Both the position numbers and the translations under genes were made by a program. 64,000 nt of DNA from Cetorhinus maximus (taxonomy: Eukaryota). Below, in pieces: positions 1-13,720 of the stretch; positions within the stretch are counted from its first letter, which is position 1; each line of letters begins with the position of its first letter. The stretch spans positions 20,336,001 through 20,400,000 of the forward strand of contig NC_135900.1 in NCBI RefSeq assembly GCF_964194155.1. The letters are read 5' to 3'. A model generated the notes under the pieces. The model was not told the origin of the DNA, did no database searches, and saw only the letters and a program-made list of their open reading frames with translations.

Positions 1-245
1 CCAGGGATGGTGATGGTGGTGTCTGGGACATTATCTATAAGGTATGATTCCGTGAGGATGACTATGTCAAGCTGCTGCTTGACTAGTCTGTGAGACAGCT
101 CTCCCAATTTTGGCACGAGCCCCCAGATGTTAGTAAGGAGGACTTTGCAGGGTTGACAGGGCTGAGTTTGCTGTTTTTTCCGGTGCCTAGGTCGATGCCA
201 GGTGGTCTGTCTGGTTTCATTCTTTTTTTTAATGACTTTGTAGCG
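1..245 (-). mobile_element. 5' part of a CR1/L2-group LINE ('family B'), start of the APE endonuclease domain
   Basis: Minus-strand translation NIWGLVPKLGELSHRLVKQQLDIVILTESYLIDNVPDTTITIPG matches the APE N-terminal motifs (N-x-x-G-L ... D-I-V-x-L-T-E). Runs off the window edge. Confidence 0.8.
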
Positions 246-528
246 ACTTGCTAGAGGGCATTTAAGAGTCAACCACATTGCTGTGTGTCTGGAGTCACAT
301 GTAGTCACCAGGTAAGGACGGCAGATTTCCTTCCCTTAGTGAGCCAGATGGGTTTTTACAACAATTGGCAATGGTTTCATGGTCATCATTAGACATTTAA
401 TTCCAGGTTTTTATTGAATTCAAATTCCACCATTTGCTATGGCAGGATTTGAACCCAGGTCCCCAGACTCATTACCCTAGTCACTGGATTACTAGCCAGC
501 AACAAGACCACTACGCCATCGCCTCCCC
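246..528 (-). mobile_element. tRNA-derived head and body (same as the common SINE here), running directly into the LINE ORF at 1-245
   Basis: Reverse complement begins GGGAGGCGATGGCGTAGTGG (A box) ... GGGTTCAAATCC (B box). Body is homologous to the copies at 2184, 17740, 47610 and 59320. Confidence 0.8.
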
Positions 529-711
529 AATAACCTCTTCAACCATCTGTTACCTCATCAAAAAAACCCAATCAAGTAGTTAAGCACAATTTAACAAATT
601 TATGCTGGATTTTCTGTAATTAATCCACGCTGGTCTGAGTGACTATTAATTTTGTCCTGAATCATTGTTTCTAAAAGTTTTCCCACCACAGATGTCAAAC
701 TGACTGGATGT

Positions 712-1133
712 TAGTGAATGGGTGAGTGGATGAATGGGTAGGGTGAGTAGGTGGGTTAGATAAGTGAGTGGTGTGGTAGATGGGTCAGGTTGGCAGGTGA
801 GTGGTTAGGGGGTATTCGGGTGGTTAGTCAGGGAGTCAGTGTGAGTGAATGGGGTGAGCATTCTGGAGTTACCCAGGGCTTAGACTAGGTTTCTTCTGTC
901 CAACATTTCCTGGATAACTATTCAGGTGAATACATCGGAAGTGTCCGAAGTCTAACTCAGAGTTGGAGACTTTTGTGGAGGGTCCCGGGGAGCAGCGGGA
1001 TTGCCCATCTGAAGTTGAAACTTTCTGGGCAACTCCCATGTAGGTCAGCATGTCATGACTGCCACAGGGTCCTGGCGTGCTTCTCCGGTCATACGTCTGG
1101 TCTCTGATGATCCAGAGACGGAAGATTTAGGCC
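712..1133. mobile_element. Partial copy of an unclassified TIR-bounded (MITE-like) repeat with a G-rich tract
   Basis: About 860-1133 aligns by eye with about 22660-22934 (e.g. tctaactcagagttggagac, gcatgtca). Both follow a GGT/GGG-rich tract and end in GAAGATTT(A/G)GG(C/T)C. Confidence 0.65.
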
Positions 1134-2183
1134 AATGTGTTTCCAAAAGCATTGGAGATAGGGAAAAACCAGAAAAAATAGAGAGGAATAAAACAGAAAA
1201 AAAGTCAGGAAAATAGGCATAAAGAAAACAGGAAGAAAAGGCAAAGAAAAAAAGGCAGTGCTACTGGTTTTCCTAATTGGTTGGAATCCGTTTGGATTAC
1301 ATAAGCTCCTCTCAACAGAATTGTAAAATGTTTAGTTTGTGTCAGGAGTAGGCATTTCTTTTTATTGAATCACACATGACTCAGTCAGATTATTCCAAGC
1401 AGAAGGACTTACTTTGCCTATGTTTGGAGCAATGTATAAATAAGCTGTTTCTTCTTTTCATTTTCCATGCCAAATTCCAATTCTGGCAATAGCCAGTTCT
1501 TTAATCTCCTTCAACCCTCACATCTCTGTCTCCAAGTGAAAGAGAAAAAAAATGAAAAAATCCACTAATGAGTGTAGCACAGATCAAATGTTTCCCATGC
1601 CACTGAGTTTGCCAATTTCAAACAAATGAATTTAATGGTATAGATAGGATAGCACTGACTGATTTGACTTCCATTCTTGAGTTGACCTTTTAAATGTTGA
1701 TTGAGAGTTGAAGAGCAGGAGAATGGCAGACTGTCAATGGAGAGTAATGCAATGATTTACAATAGCATTGGTCATGGAATCTGGTTTGGCAATGCAGTTA
1801 ACAGTATGTGTGGCACAGTTAGTGGCTGGCTGAAGAGCCAGGTGGACAGCAGTGGGCCAAAAGTGATCTTCAATGATAAGTAAAATATGATGGAGTGGAA
1901 AAAGGGTAGTCAATCTGATCTTGTCTGTTTCCCACCAGGAAGATGAGGTTGATCTGACCTATTGTGACTGACTGGAACAATAAAATTCAATATATTGAGG
2001 TACTACTTGGATGCTAGCAGCTTGAGGCTTTGGAAAGGCCCATCAACTCAGTTGAGGAACTGCCTACGAATGTGGCCTGGGAGACTGAGGGAAAATAAGT
2101 TTTTTTTTTTGAGATTTTAGATGATTCAACTTTTGGTTTCATTTTTATTATTACTTACCGTTTTATCAGCAGCACAATCAGTA

Positions 2184-2460
2184 GGGGAGGCAGTAGCATA
2201 GTGGTATTGTCACCGTACTAGTAATCCAGAGACCCAAGATAATGCTCTGGGCACCCGGGTTCAAATCCTGCCACGGCAGATGGTGAAATTTGAATTCAAT
2301 AAAAGTCTGGATGATAACCATGAAATTAGATTTTAAATGAGATGAAATGAGTCGTAAAAACTAATGTCCTATATGTGCTTGATTCTTAAAAATGCCCTCT
2401 GAATAAGGCAATAAATGCTGGCCTAGCCAGCGATGCCCAATACCCACGAACAAATTTTTT
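2184..2460 (+). mobile_element. tRNA-derived SINE with a 3' tail shared with LINE family B
   Basis: GGGGAGGCAGTAGCATAGTGG (A box) ... GGGTTCAAATCC (B box). Tail GGCAATAAATGCTGGCCTAGCCAGCGATGCCC. Confidence 0.85.
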
Positions 2461-2790
2461 TTTAAAAAGTTAAGCTGAATGTGAATAATAACTTTGGGGT
2501 AACAAGTGAAGAACTTTGGGGCAACCAAAATGAAGAACTTAAATCTAAATCTAATCGCACTCAAATATAAAGTGTGGTTGTAAAGTCCCCATTCTAATCT
2601 TGGAAGAGAAAAATTGTATGTGAATCATAACTCTACCACAGCCTAATTTACTATTTGAATCCAATCCTGGAAGCTTAGAGTACAGTATTGGATCCCATTT
2701 CATTATTATAGTTTTGACCGCAAATAGTTCTGAATGTTGAGAATCAGTGCTATTACTTTCTCAGTACTTGTATTTTCATCTTTTATTTAA

Positions 2791-3126
<336 letters not shown>

Positions 3127-3169
3127 TAGATATCCTGTAATATTTATTTGACAAAGAAAAATTATGATA

Positions 3170-3915
3170 TTGTAAAAGCAGAAAAAATTGTATGTCAGGT
3201 GCAGGAACAGAAAGACCTGGGTGTATATGTGCATAAATCATTGAAGGTGGCAGGACAGGTTGAGAGAGCAGTTGATAAAGCATACAGTATCCTGGGCTTT
3301 ATTAATAGGAGCATAGGCATACAAGAGCAAGGAGGTTATGTTGAATTTCCATAAGTCACTAGTTTGGCCTCAGCTAGAGTATTGTGTCCAGTTCTGGGCA
3401 CTGCTCTTTAGGGAGTATGTAAAGGCATTAGAGAAGATGCAGAAAAGATTCAGGAGAATGGTTTCAGGGATGAGAAACTTCAGCTATGAGGAAAGATTGG
3501 AGAAGTTAGGATTGTTTTCCTTAGAGAAAAGACTGTTGAGAAGAGATTTGATAGAACTATTCAAAATCATAAGGGGTCTGGGCAGAGTAGATAGGGAGAA
3601 ACTGTTCCCACTCTTAAAAGGATCGAGAACGAGAGGGCACAGATTTAAAGTAGTTAGTAAAACACGCAAAAGTGATATGAGGAGAAACTTTTTTTTACAC
3701 TGTATGGTTAGGGTTTGAAACACTCCACTATGGTGGAGGCAGGTTCAATTGAAGCATTTAAAAGGGGACTAGACTGTTATCTGAAAATGAAGAATGTTTC
3801 AGGATTACTAGGAGAAGGTGGGGAATGGCACTAGGATAGTTGTTCATTTGGAGAGTCACTGCAGGCACAATGGGCCAAATGACGGCTTCCTACGCTGTAA
3901 CAATTCTGTGATTTT
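3170..3915 (+). mobile_element. CR1/HER1-type LINE 3' fragment
   Basis: ORFs 3148-3354 and 3338-3718 (KDLGV...PQLEYCVQFW...SYEERLEKLGLFSLEKR...RTRGH). CR1-type tail gggccaaatgacggcttcc...attctgtgattt. Confidence 0.9.
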
Positions 3916-5221
3916 GTAATTACCAAACTTCATAAAACTTGCCAACTTCCTACAAATTTTGCCAAATTCTTTCACCAGTGCATCTTAATCATGCATGAGC
4001 ATTTCTAGCACTAAAATCAGTGCCCTCTTAAATCAGGAGGTCCAAAGTGTGGAACATGTGTCAACTGCAGCCCTGAGTCCTGGCAATCCAGCCCACAAAA
4101 CCTACAGAATTCAGCCGTATTTGCATTTATAGTTATTGTTCAGCAGTTTGGAATATTATGGCTCTGAAGATTTGGAAGGGGCTGTAGTTAGTGTTGCTGC
4201 CTCATTAGTTCTAAATCAGAAACTGTGATTATAACTTGACTGGCAAGGATAGGGTTTGACTTGAATCTTCAATGCCTCTACAATGGGAACAAAATGTTGG
4301 GATTTCTTTAGAGTGAAGGAATCTCCTCCTTGGGTCCAGAGAGTCTCTTTTGTAAGGAGAGATGAGACACTAGCAGAATCCTTATTGTCTGTCTGGAGAA
4401 CCATGATGTATAATGGTAGAAAACTATTAATACTAAGATAACCACCTATAATCAGTAACTGACATCCGTGAGAGTAAATAACTGCTTTGAGGAATATGCT
4501 CATAGTGTGTATTTGTCTTTTGACCCTAAGATTAACTAGTTACCCTATTTTTATATGGTAAATGATAATTGCAATCCTTATTCAGGGTTTATGAGATGAA
4601 TTTCTAAATCTTGGAAACATCAGTTGTGGACCTAAGGTCAAGCTGCAATTATGCTACGGAGAAACAATTTGTACTGTTAAAGGACTGGTATATAGCAGAA
4701 ATATATCTTAAAAAGCAGCTGATGGGATATCTGAAAATGAAATTGTTTCAATTATATCAAAATTGCAGCCTTACACATTCAATTCCTGCAATAAACCTGT
4801 GAAAAAGCAGTAAGCTAATATGTATCAAAATTACCTGCAATTAACAGGAGAATGTATGTGCTTTCACAAAGTAGAACACAAGATAATTAACTCAAGGTTT
4901 TTTTTAAACAATGTTCTTTTAAGACAGCTAACTAAAAAGATACCATTCATCACAGAAAAAAAGATCAGTTTTTTAGCATTCAAACTTGTGGCAAGGAGCC
5001 TCAAGTATCAATCAGGCATATTGGGAAATTGCCCATATGTTTTGATCCAAAATGCTGCCAGATATGCAATGGTGGTCATACTAAACCTCTGCCCAGTGAC
5101 AGGTCCATGTGATCTGGTTAACATGGAGAAAGAAACCTAAACTGAAACCTATTGAAAATCCAGTGACAGTTTTCACACAGTTTTGACATAGAAAAGGGAG
5201 AGCTGCTTTTAGGACACAGAC

Positions 5222-5250
5222 ACAGAGAGAGAGAGAAGAGAGAGAGAGAG
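5222..5250. repeat. (GA)n microsatellite
   Basis: cagagagagagagaagagagagagagaga. Confidence 0.9.
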
Positions 5251-5489
5251 AATACAGCTACTGCTGTGAAGAGCTGGGAAAGACTGTTTTTGGGAATCTG
5301 ATTGGCAAATAAAAGAGGCACCATTGTTGGAATGTGATCTCAATACTTATTCACATGTATGTTCATGCATGTATACTTTAATCTTTATACATTTGTTGGT
5401 GAAATGGTAGGGTGAAAAGTAGAGTGTGAGCATTTTTTAATTGTTTTGGTGCTTTATCATCTTGGTTATGAAATAGTGGTAAGATGTTA

Positions 5490-6695
5490 GGTAGAATCGC
5501 TAAATGATGCAGAACAGAAAGAGGTCATTCGGCCCATCGTGCCTGTGCCCTGTCTTTGAGAGAGCTATTTCCCCATAGCCTTGCAAATATTTCCCTCATC
5601 AAGTATAAATCCAATTCTCTTTTGAAAATTATTACATCTTACTCTGCAAGAATTACAGAATAGTAATATTGGGGGACTTCAATTATCCTAATACAGACTT
5701 GGTTGCTGACAATGTGATAGTAAAGGAGGAGATATGAAAGAAATTGAATAGGATAAAAATAGATACAGTAAAAAGGAGGTACTCAACAAAACCGTTTGTC
5801 AATGCCTGAATATATCTAATTTTGCTAAGGGAAGCATTGCCTTTCTTTTCCCCCTGATGGGAATTTCTCTAATCTGTACCCAAACCATCTCCTCTTTGAA
5901 GGCCTCCCATTGCTCATTTACGGTTTTACCTGCCAATTTTTGATTGCAATTCAACTGGGTCAGATCCCTTTTCAGCTCACTGAAATTAGCTCTTCTCCAA
6001 ATTGAGTATTTTCACATTTCGTTTTTTTTTTTACTTGTCCTTTTCCATAATGACTCCATCCTAATAACATTGTGATCACTGTTTCCCAAATGCTCCTCCA
6101 CAGAAACACGTTCCACTTGTTTTCCCCAGACTAGATCTAGTATTGCTTCCTTCCTCATTGGGCTGGAAACATACTGATCAAGAAAGTTCTCTTGTACCCA
6201 TTCCAGGAATCCCTCCCTTCTCTGGCCATTACAATGTTATTTTCCCAGTCCATATTAGGCTAATTGAAGTCCCCATTATCACTACTCTACAGTTCTTGTA
6301 TTTTTCTGCAATTTTTCTGAACAGTTGCTCCTCTCTCTTTCCTACTAGTTGGTAGCCTAGAGTATACACCCAATGGTATAATAGCTCCTCTATTGTTCGT
6401 TAATTCTAATCAACTAGATTTGTGTCTTTTGACCCTGAAGTACATCATCCCTTTCTAGTGTTGTAACAGTAACTTTGATCAATACCACCACATGCTCTTC
6501 CTTTTGTCCTTTCTTATCTTTCCCGATGATGTTGAGTTACATAGAATCTACAGCTCAGATTTTGGTTACATAAATATCACAGAATCACACAATACAGAAG
6601 AGGCCCTTCGGCCCATCGAGTCTACACCGACACGTGAGAAACCCCTGACCTACCTACTTAATCCCATTTACCAGCACTTGGCCATAGCCTTGAAT
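5490..6695. mobile_element. Cluster of degraded CR1 fragments (3' tails and APE pieces, both strands)
   Basis: Minus-strand CR1 tails at about 5500-5630 and 6575-6695 (ggcccttcggcccatcgagtc). GDFN-type APE coding remnants (gggggacttcaattatcc; ttgaagtcccccattat). Confidence 0.65.
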
Positions 6696-7724
6696 ATACA
6701 CAAAATATACCCATAAGAAGTACATATGTATCAGGGTATGTAAGACAATTTCAATGAAAATGGTGCATATGGCTAAAACAGTGTTGCCTAAGCCACACCT
6801 ATACACAGGTAGAGATGGACAATACTGTTCTAACTATTTTAACTTGTTTTAACAGTTCTTTGTGTCATGTTCTGAATTTTGATTGGGCAGCATGTCTTGG
6901 CTCAGTGAAGCAAGGGTTGTACACTAGTCTATAATGGTAAATTCATTAAAACTAAAGGCTCTCCTCTGCTCTCCCTGGGTACCTTATTTTCATACCTGCA
7001 CATCCATCTTTTACTTTCCTAAGTGGGATTTAGGATTGCTTGGTCCTGGCACTGCTCACATTAGAGTCTATTAGGCTTCTTAAGTCAGTTGGACTTATTG
7101 GTAGGTGTCTGTTGTGAAATATTTCAGCAGTTTATTGAGGGCTACATTTCCAGTAGAAGAAATTGATGCTTTGAAGTCTGAACAACTACTTGTTCCACAA
7201 AATAGCTGTAAACCAGGATAAATTGTTATTAGTTTGAAAGGCTGAATCAAAGTAGACTCAAATGCTGGAAAATGCACCAAAAAAATGTCGAGAAAACAAA
7301 AGTTCTGGGGTGGAAAGTCCGTGGTTCTGCAATCTTAGTAAATAAGTCTCATGTCTTCAGCTGTCTCATCCCCTATCAAAAATTTCTAAATCTATCATAG
7401 CTGCAAAATGTTTTTGTATTTTTTCCTACAAATGACTGAATTTTTACTTGAGTATATAGGGTAAGCAAACTGTGCACTAAGTTATGACAAGTAATAAAGT
7501 TATAACAAGTCCATGTCCTTGCATTTTCTGTGCAAATGCTGGCTTGCAGATATCGATCAATGATATACTCGTGGCTGTTTTCTGGTTATGAACTTTTTCG
7601 GAGCTGGTTTCTGCTTTTCTGGTTGCTGGAACTTTTTCTGCTGCTTTTGATCAGTGGAATTGCAAATGCTAAATTAATGTACATGTCCAAGGAAAAGAAG
7701 AAAAATAATTCTTAGTTTAAATAA

Positions 7725-8090
<366 letters not shown>

Positions 8091-8461
8091 TGACTAAAAG
8101 ATGTCGTGGAATGAACCAATTAACGGTACTCCAGTACTTGATTGATGTGGAGCTGAATGCCCCCTTCCTTGGCTATAATATTCCTTAACCAAGAGGAGAT
8201 TACATCAATGAACATGTATCCTGCAAAAACCTTCATTAATGCATTGGAATGCTATTCCTCATTTCAACAGGCTGGCAAATCGATGAAACTTTCCAAACCA
8301 AGTTGGCAAGTTCACAGGCTTCTCCTAAAACTAGAAAATACAGTTGTCTGCTCAAAAATATAGTGCTCAACGGTTTAAGCTGTTGAAATACAAAACACGC
8401 TTTTGTGTCCAATTTAAAACTGTACTGGAGTTCCAAGTTTAGTAAGTGCACAGTTTGCTTA

Positions 8462-9078
8462 CCATATATAATCAGGTAAAAATCGACCCCTGACTTTTGG
8501 CCAAAAGATCCTTAATTTTGCATATACTTCGTGTAAAAGTCGACCCTCGACTTTCTAAGGACATTCCTTTCTGACTCAGTTTGTCATCTCACTCTGTGTC
8601 AGAGTAACACAGCAGATTTGAAGCGGGAGTTTTCTGATCTTTCTGCATCGCTGCTAGATCAAAGAGTGCAGCAATTCACCGAGATATCGAGGAATTTGAG
8701 TAAAAGTTTAATTTCTTGTTGAAATGATGGAGGTAAGATTGGGACAAATTTCAAGAGGCAGTGTGCATATTGAACTTTCCAGAAATGGAGCTAAGTTCAG
8801 AGCTGTCATGAACAGTCCTACGGCCCCATAGGAAAAGAAAAGGGATTATTAAAAACTTACATTTTTAGGTCTCCTTCTTGCTCCAAACCACTTCCTTGCA
8901 AGCCATGAGCATCTGAAACTGAGACTGAAAATCCAGCATGGTTCTCTGCTAGCTGTGAGCCGCAAGTGTCAGTAGTTGAAAGTGAATCCCTTGAAAACAT
9001 TGCCTCCATAAAGTCGACCCCTAAATTTTTTGCTAAAAAAGGGTCTCAGAACTTCGACTTTTACACGTGTATATACAG
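8462..9078. mobile_element. Non-autonomous Tc1/mariner-superfamily (Tc2/pogo-like) DNA transposon in the last TMEM19 intron
   Basis: TA target-site duplication (8460-8461, 9079-9080). Imperfect TIRs CCATATATAATCAGGTAAAAATCGAC and reverse complement CTGTATATACACGTGTAAAAGTCGA. Subterminal AAAGTCGACCC repeats at about 8537 and 9010. Confidence 0.7.
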
Positions 9079-9086
9079 TATTGTGA

Positions 9087-9359
<273 letters not shown>

Positions 9360-9904
9360 ACAATTTTAAAAAAAAAGGAGTATCATGATCATTTGTTGGC
9401 ATAAAATATTGCATACGAATATTGCATTAACAAATAGCTGACTGAATTAAAATGAAGATAGATTAAAATACAGCTCAATTTTGTTGAAGTGAAAGACATA
9501 TCTTCACAATCTTATTTTGAAGATTTATTTATTGCTCTTTTAGACATGTTACTTGGTTTCTTCAATCAAAAAGCCTAGTCCTAATCATACATTAATTCTG
9601 AGCAGACAGTGCTTTTATTGCAATAGATATTGTTGCATATTTATATTAATGATTCTTTAGGGAATGCCTCCTTTAAAGTAGATAACATACTTACATTTTG
9701 TAACAACTCATACATTTGCATAATATATTTTATTTAGGCAGAAGACTACTGATCCATCTAGACCACTCTTCTAAATCACCTGCTTGTTTCCTTACTATGA
9801 TTCTGAAACTATATCTACATTTCAAATTAAAGTTTATCAAGTCCGTTTTTTATATCCTGCCATGGTTTTCTGTTCAACCATCTTTAGTAGTATCCCTACA
9901 AGTT

Positions 9905-10445
9905 TTTTTTATATTCACTTGTGGGCATCACTGGCTAGGCCAGCATTTATTGCCCATCCCTAATTGCCCTTGAGGTGGTGGTGAGCTGCCTTCTTGAACA
10001 GCTGCAGTCCATGTGTTATAGGTACAACCACAGTGATGGCGGGGGTTGGGCGGGGGGGGAGTTCCAGGATTTTGATCCAGCAATAGTGAAGGAACGACGA
10101 TATGTTTCTAAGTCAGGATGGTGTGTGGCTTGGAGGTTGGTGGTGTTTCCATGCATTTGCTGCCCTTGTCCTTCTAGATGGTTGTGGGTTTGGAAGGTGC
10201 TCTTTGAGGTGTCTTTGGTGAGTTCCTGCAGTGTAACTTGTAGATGGTACACACTGCTGCCACTGTATGTCATAGTGGAGGGAGTGAATGTTTGTGGATG
10301 GGGTGCCAATCAAGCTGGCTGCTTTGTCCTGGATGATGTTGAGCTTCTTGAGTAGCGGATTTCGAACCCGGGTCCCCAGAGCATTACCCTAGGTCTCTTA
10401 ATTAGTAGTCCAGTGACAATACCACTACACCATCGCCTCCCCCCG
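9905..10445 (-). mobile_element. Composite element: tRNA-derived head fused to the last ~450 bp of LINE family B
   Basis: 10357-10445 is the SINE head (A box TGGTGTAGTGG, B box GGTTCGAAATCC). 9905-10353 matches the LINE 3' end at 36455-36900 (TIAGSKSWNS motif and tail). Confidence 0.8.
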
Positions 10446-10446
10446 G

Positions 10447-11482
10447 ATGCAACAAGTGGTGTGCCACAGGGATCAGTGCTGGGGCCTCAACTCCACAAAT
10501 CATATAAATGATTTGGATGAAGGGACCAAAGGTATGGTTGTTAAATTTACTGATGACACACAGATAGGTAGGACAGTAAGTTGTGAAGAGAATGTAAGGA
10601 AGCTACAAAAGGATATAGATAGGTCAGATGAGTGAGCAAAGACCTGGCAAATGGAATAGAATGTGGGAAAATGTGAAATTATCCATTTTGGCAGGAAGAA
10701 TGAAAAAAAAAGCTTATTGACTAAGTGGTGAAAGATTACAGAGCTCTAAGATGCAGAAGGTTCTGATTGTCTTAGTGCATGAATCACAATAGGTTAGTAT
10801 GCAGGCACAGCAAGTAATTAGGAAAGCAAATAGAATGTTATCATTTATTGAGAGAGGAATTGAATGCAAGAGAAGGGAGGATATGCTTCAGTTATACAGG
10901 GCATTGGTGAGACCAAATCTGGAGTACTGTGTACAGTATTGGCCTCTTTATTTAAGCAAGGATGTAAATGTGTTGGAAGCAGTTCAAAGAAGGTTTACTA
11001 GACTAATACCTGAAATGGGCAGATTGTCTTATGAGGAATGGCTGGACAGGCTAGGCTTGTATCCGCTGGAGCTTAGAAGAGTAAGAGGGAACTTGACTGA
11101 AACATAAAAGATCCTGAGGGGGCTTGACAGGGTGAATGTGGAAAGGATGTTTCCTCTTGTGGGAGAATCTAGAACTGGGGTCATTGGGGGTCACTGTTTA
11201 AAAATAAGGGGGCTCATTTAAGACCGAGATGAGGAGAAATTTTTTCTCTCAGAGGGTTGAGAGTCTTTGGAACTCTCTTCGTCAAAAGGCAGTGGAGGCA
11301 GACCTTTTAATATTTTTAAGGCAAAGGTAGATAGATTCTTGATAAGTAAGGAGGTGAAAGGTTATTGGGGGTAGACAGGAATGTGGAGTTGAGGTGAAAA
11401 TCAAATCAGCCATGATCTTCTTGAATGGTGGAGCAGGTTTGAAGGATCGAATGCCTACTCCTGCCCTTAATTCGTATGTTTG
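10447..11482 (+). mobile_element. CR1 LINE 3' portion (RT C-terminal half and tail), degenerate
   Basis: INDLDEG...KFTDDT; LYRALVRPNLEYCVQYW...LGLYPLELRR. Tail tcagccatgatct...gaatggtggagcagg...cctactcctg. Confidence 0.9.
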
Positions 11483-11789
11483 TTACCACTACCTAACTAA
11501 GGGGTGTGACTGCTTCCTGAATCAAAGAGATAGCTCTTCCACTCTGTGATGCCCCACGTTGTCTGTGTCTTGGACTCCAGCTCAACAACTCCAAACTGAA
11601 TTTTCCCCAGAATCAGACACATATTGCAGATGTGTTTGGGACTGTGATACTCTCCACAAACTCTCACATGCTGCAGTTGCAGCACCGCCAGCTCTGCCAA
11701 CTCTAGCTAAACCTGTTTACATATTTAATACATTAATCTTTATATGAATATAATCAATTTAATTTTTCTTAGCTTTGTTCCCAAATTAC

Positions 11790-13055
11790 ATGATATAGGA
11801 CCAACACTCACTTTGTTAACTCTTTTCTCTTATCAGTAGAAACTCTTACTATCTGTCTTTATATTTCTAGTTAGCTTCCTCTCATGCTCTTATTCTCCCC
11901 TTCTTATTAATCTTTTAGTCATTTTCTTTTGCTGTTTTTTATATTCTGTACAATCTCCTGACCGGCCACCCATCTTTGAGCAATTATATGCTTTTCTTTA
12001 AGTTTGAAACTACCTTTTTTAGTTAACCAAGGAAGATGGGTCCCCACCTTGGAATTTTTCTTTCTCATTGGAATGTATCCATTCTGTGTCTTCCAAAATA
12101 TCCTCTAAAATGTTCATCACAGCATCTCTTGACCTGTCCCTTAACCTAAATTGCCAATTCACTTTCACAAGCTCTGCTTTCATGTCCTCATAATTGCCCT
12201 TATTTTAAGTTTAAAATACTACCCTTAGACGCACTCTTCTCTCCCTCAAACTCGATGTAAAATTCAATCATATTATGATCACTGCTACCTAGGGGTACCT
12301 TCACTATGAGGTAATTAATTAACCCTATCTTGTTAGTCAATACCAGGTCTAGTATAGCCTGTGCTCTGGTTGGTGCCAGAACATGCTATTCTAAGAAACT
12401 TTCCCAAAAACATTCTGTGAATTCCTCATCTAGGCTCCCTTTGCCCATCTGATTTTGTCAGTTTCCATGTAGATTAAAATCTCCCAATAATTGCTGTACC
12501 CTCCTGACAAGCTGCCGTTATTTCTTCTTTGATACCACATCCTACCTTGTGGTTACTGTTAGGTGGCCTGTACACCACTCCCACAAGTGACTTCTTGCCT
12601 TTATCATTCCTCATCTCTACCCAAACCACTTCTATATCCTGGTTTCCTGAACTTAGGTCATCCCTCTCTATTATGTTACTATCATCTTCAATTAACAGAG
12701 CCACACCTCCACCTTTTCTTAGCTTCCTGTCCTTCCTAAATATCACATACCCTTCAATATTTAGGTACTAATCTATGTCATCCTGCAGCCATGTCTATTA
12801 GATTGTACTTATTTATCTCGATTTGTGATATCAGCTCATCTGTTTTGTTTCAAATACTAGTACATTCAGATACAGAGCCTTAAGTTTTGTCCTTTTTATA
12901 ATTTTTGTAACCTCTAGCCTTATCTGCTGATTTTCTCTTAGATTTGTACTCTGTGTACCTTCCTGCCATTGTCTGTTTATCATTTCCCACAATAATACCT
13001 TCCTCTCTTGCCTTGTCTCCACTTTGATTTACCACATTTTCCTGAATTTGATCCA
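11790..13055 (-). mobile_element. CR1 LINE ORF2 APE-region fragment
   Basis: ORF 12474-12746 (FRKDR...GGGVALLI...VWVEMRNDKGKKSLVGVVYRPPNS); ORF 12831-13022 (LKALYLNV). Confidence 0.85.
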
Positions 13056-13720
13056 GGTACAGGTCTGGTTAGTGGTGAGGGACAGGAAGGTGTCACTGCA
13101 AGTCAGGCAGGTAAAGGGGCTGCAGATAGAGAACAGGAAGAGCCTCAGCCTTTGCCTTTATCCAACAGGTAGGAGGTTTTGCTGCCTGTGTGGATGAGGG
13201 AAAAATCTGCAGGGTAGATGCCTATGGCACTATGGTACAGGAGGCAATTCTAGTGGGAGGTGTGAAAAGGAATGTGATAGTGGTAGGAGAAAGTATAGTC
13301 AAGGGAATAAATGCTGTTCTCTGCAGCCACAACCAGGAGAAGGCTGTGTTGCCTGCCCAGTGTCAGGGTTAAAGACATTTTCTCACAGCTGGACATGATC
13401 TTGGAGTGGATTGGGGAGAATCCGGTTGTTACGGTCCACATAGGAACTAACCACATGGGCAGAATTAGGAATGAGATTCTGCTGAAAAAGTTGGAGGAGC
13501 TAAGGTCAAAATTAAACACAGAATTTCGGATGATAATCTCTGGATTGTTGCCCAAGCCACACGCAAATTAGCATATGGTCAAACAGGTAATAAGGTTAAT
13601 TTTTAAAGCATAGCTGCAAAGGTTTCATTCAATTCAGGGGGCACTGGCACCAGTACCAGGGAAAGAGGGAACTGTTCCTTTGAGATGGGCTCCACTTAAA
13701 CTGGGCTGCCAGTGTCCTAC
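13056..13720 (+). mobile_element. CR1 LINE ORF1 remnant (SGNH esterase-like)
   Basis: VIVVGESIVKG, CCLPSVRVKDI and VTVHIGTNHMG motifs, typical of the CR1 ORF1 esterase domain. Confidence 0.75.

Noticed and set aside
2184-2290. tRNA genes suggested by A/B boxes (also at 10357, 14114, 47610 and 51530)
   Set aside because: They are degenerate heads of dispersed SINE-type repeats without an intact cloverleaf.
4550-5345. LTR-like composition in the TMEM19 intron, and ORF 4820-5140
   Set aside because: No TG...CA ends with TSD and no protein similarity recognised.
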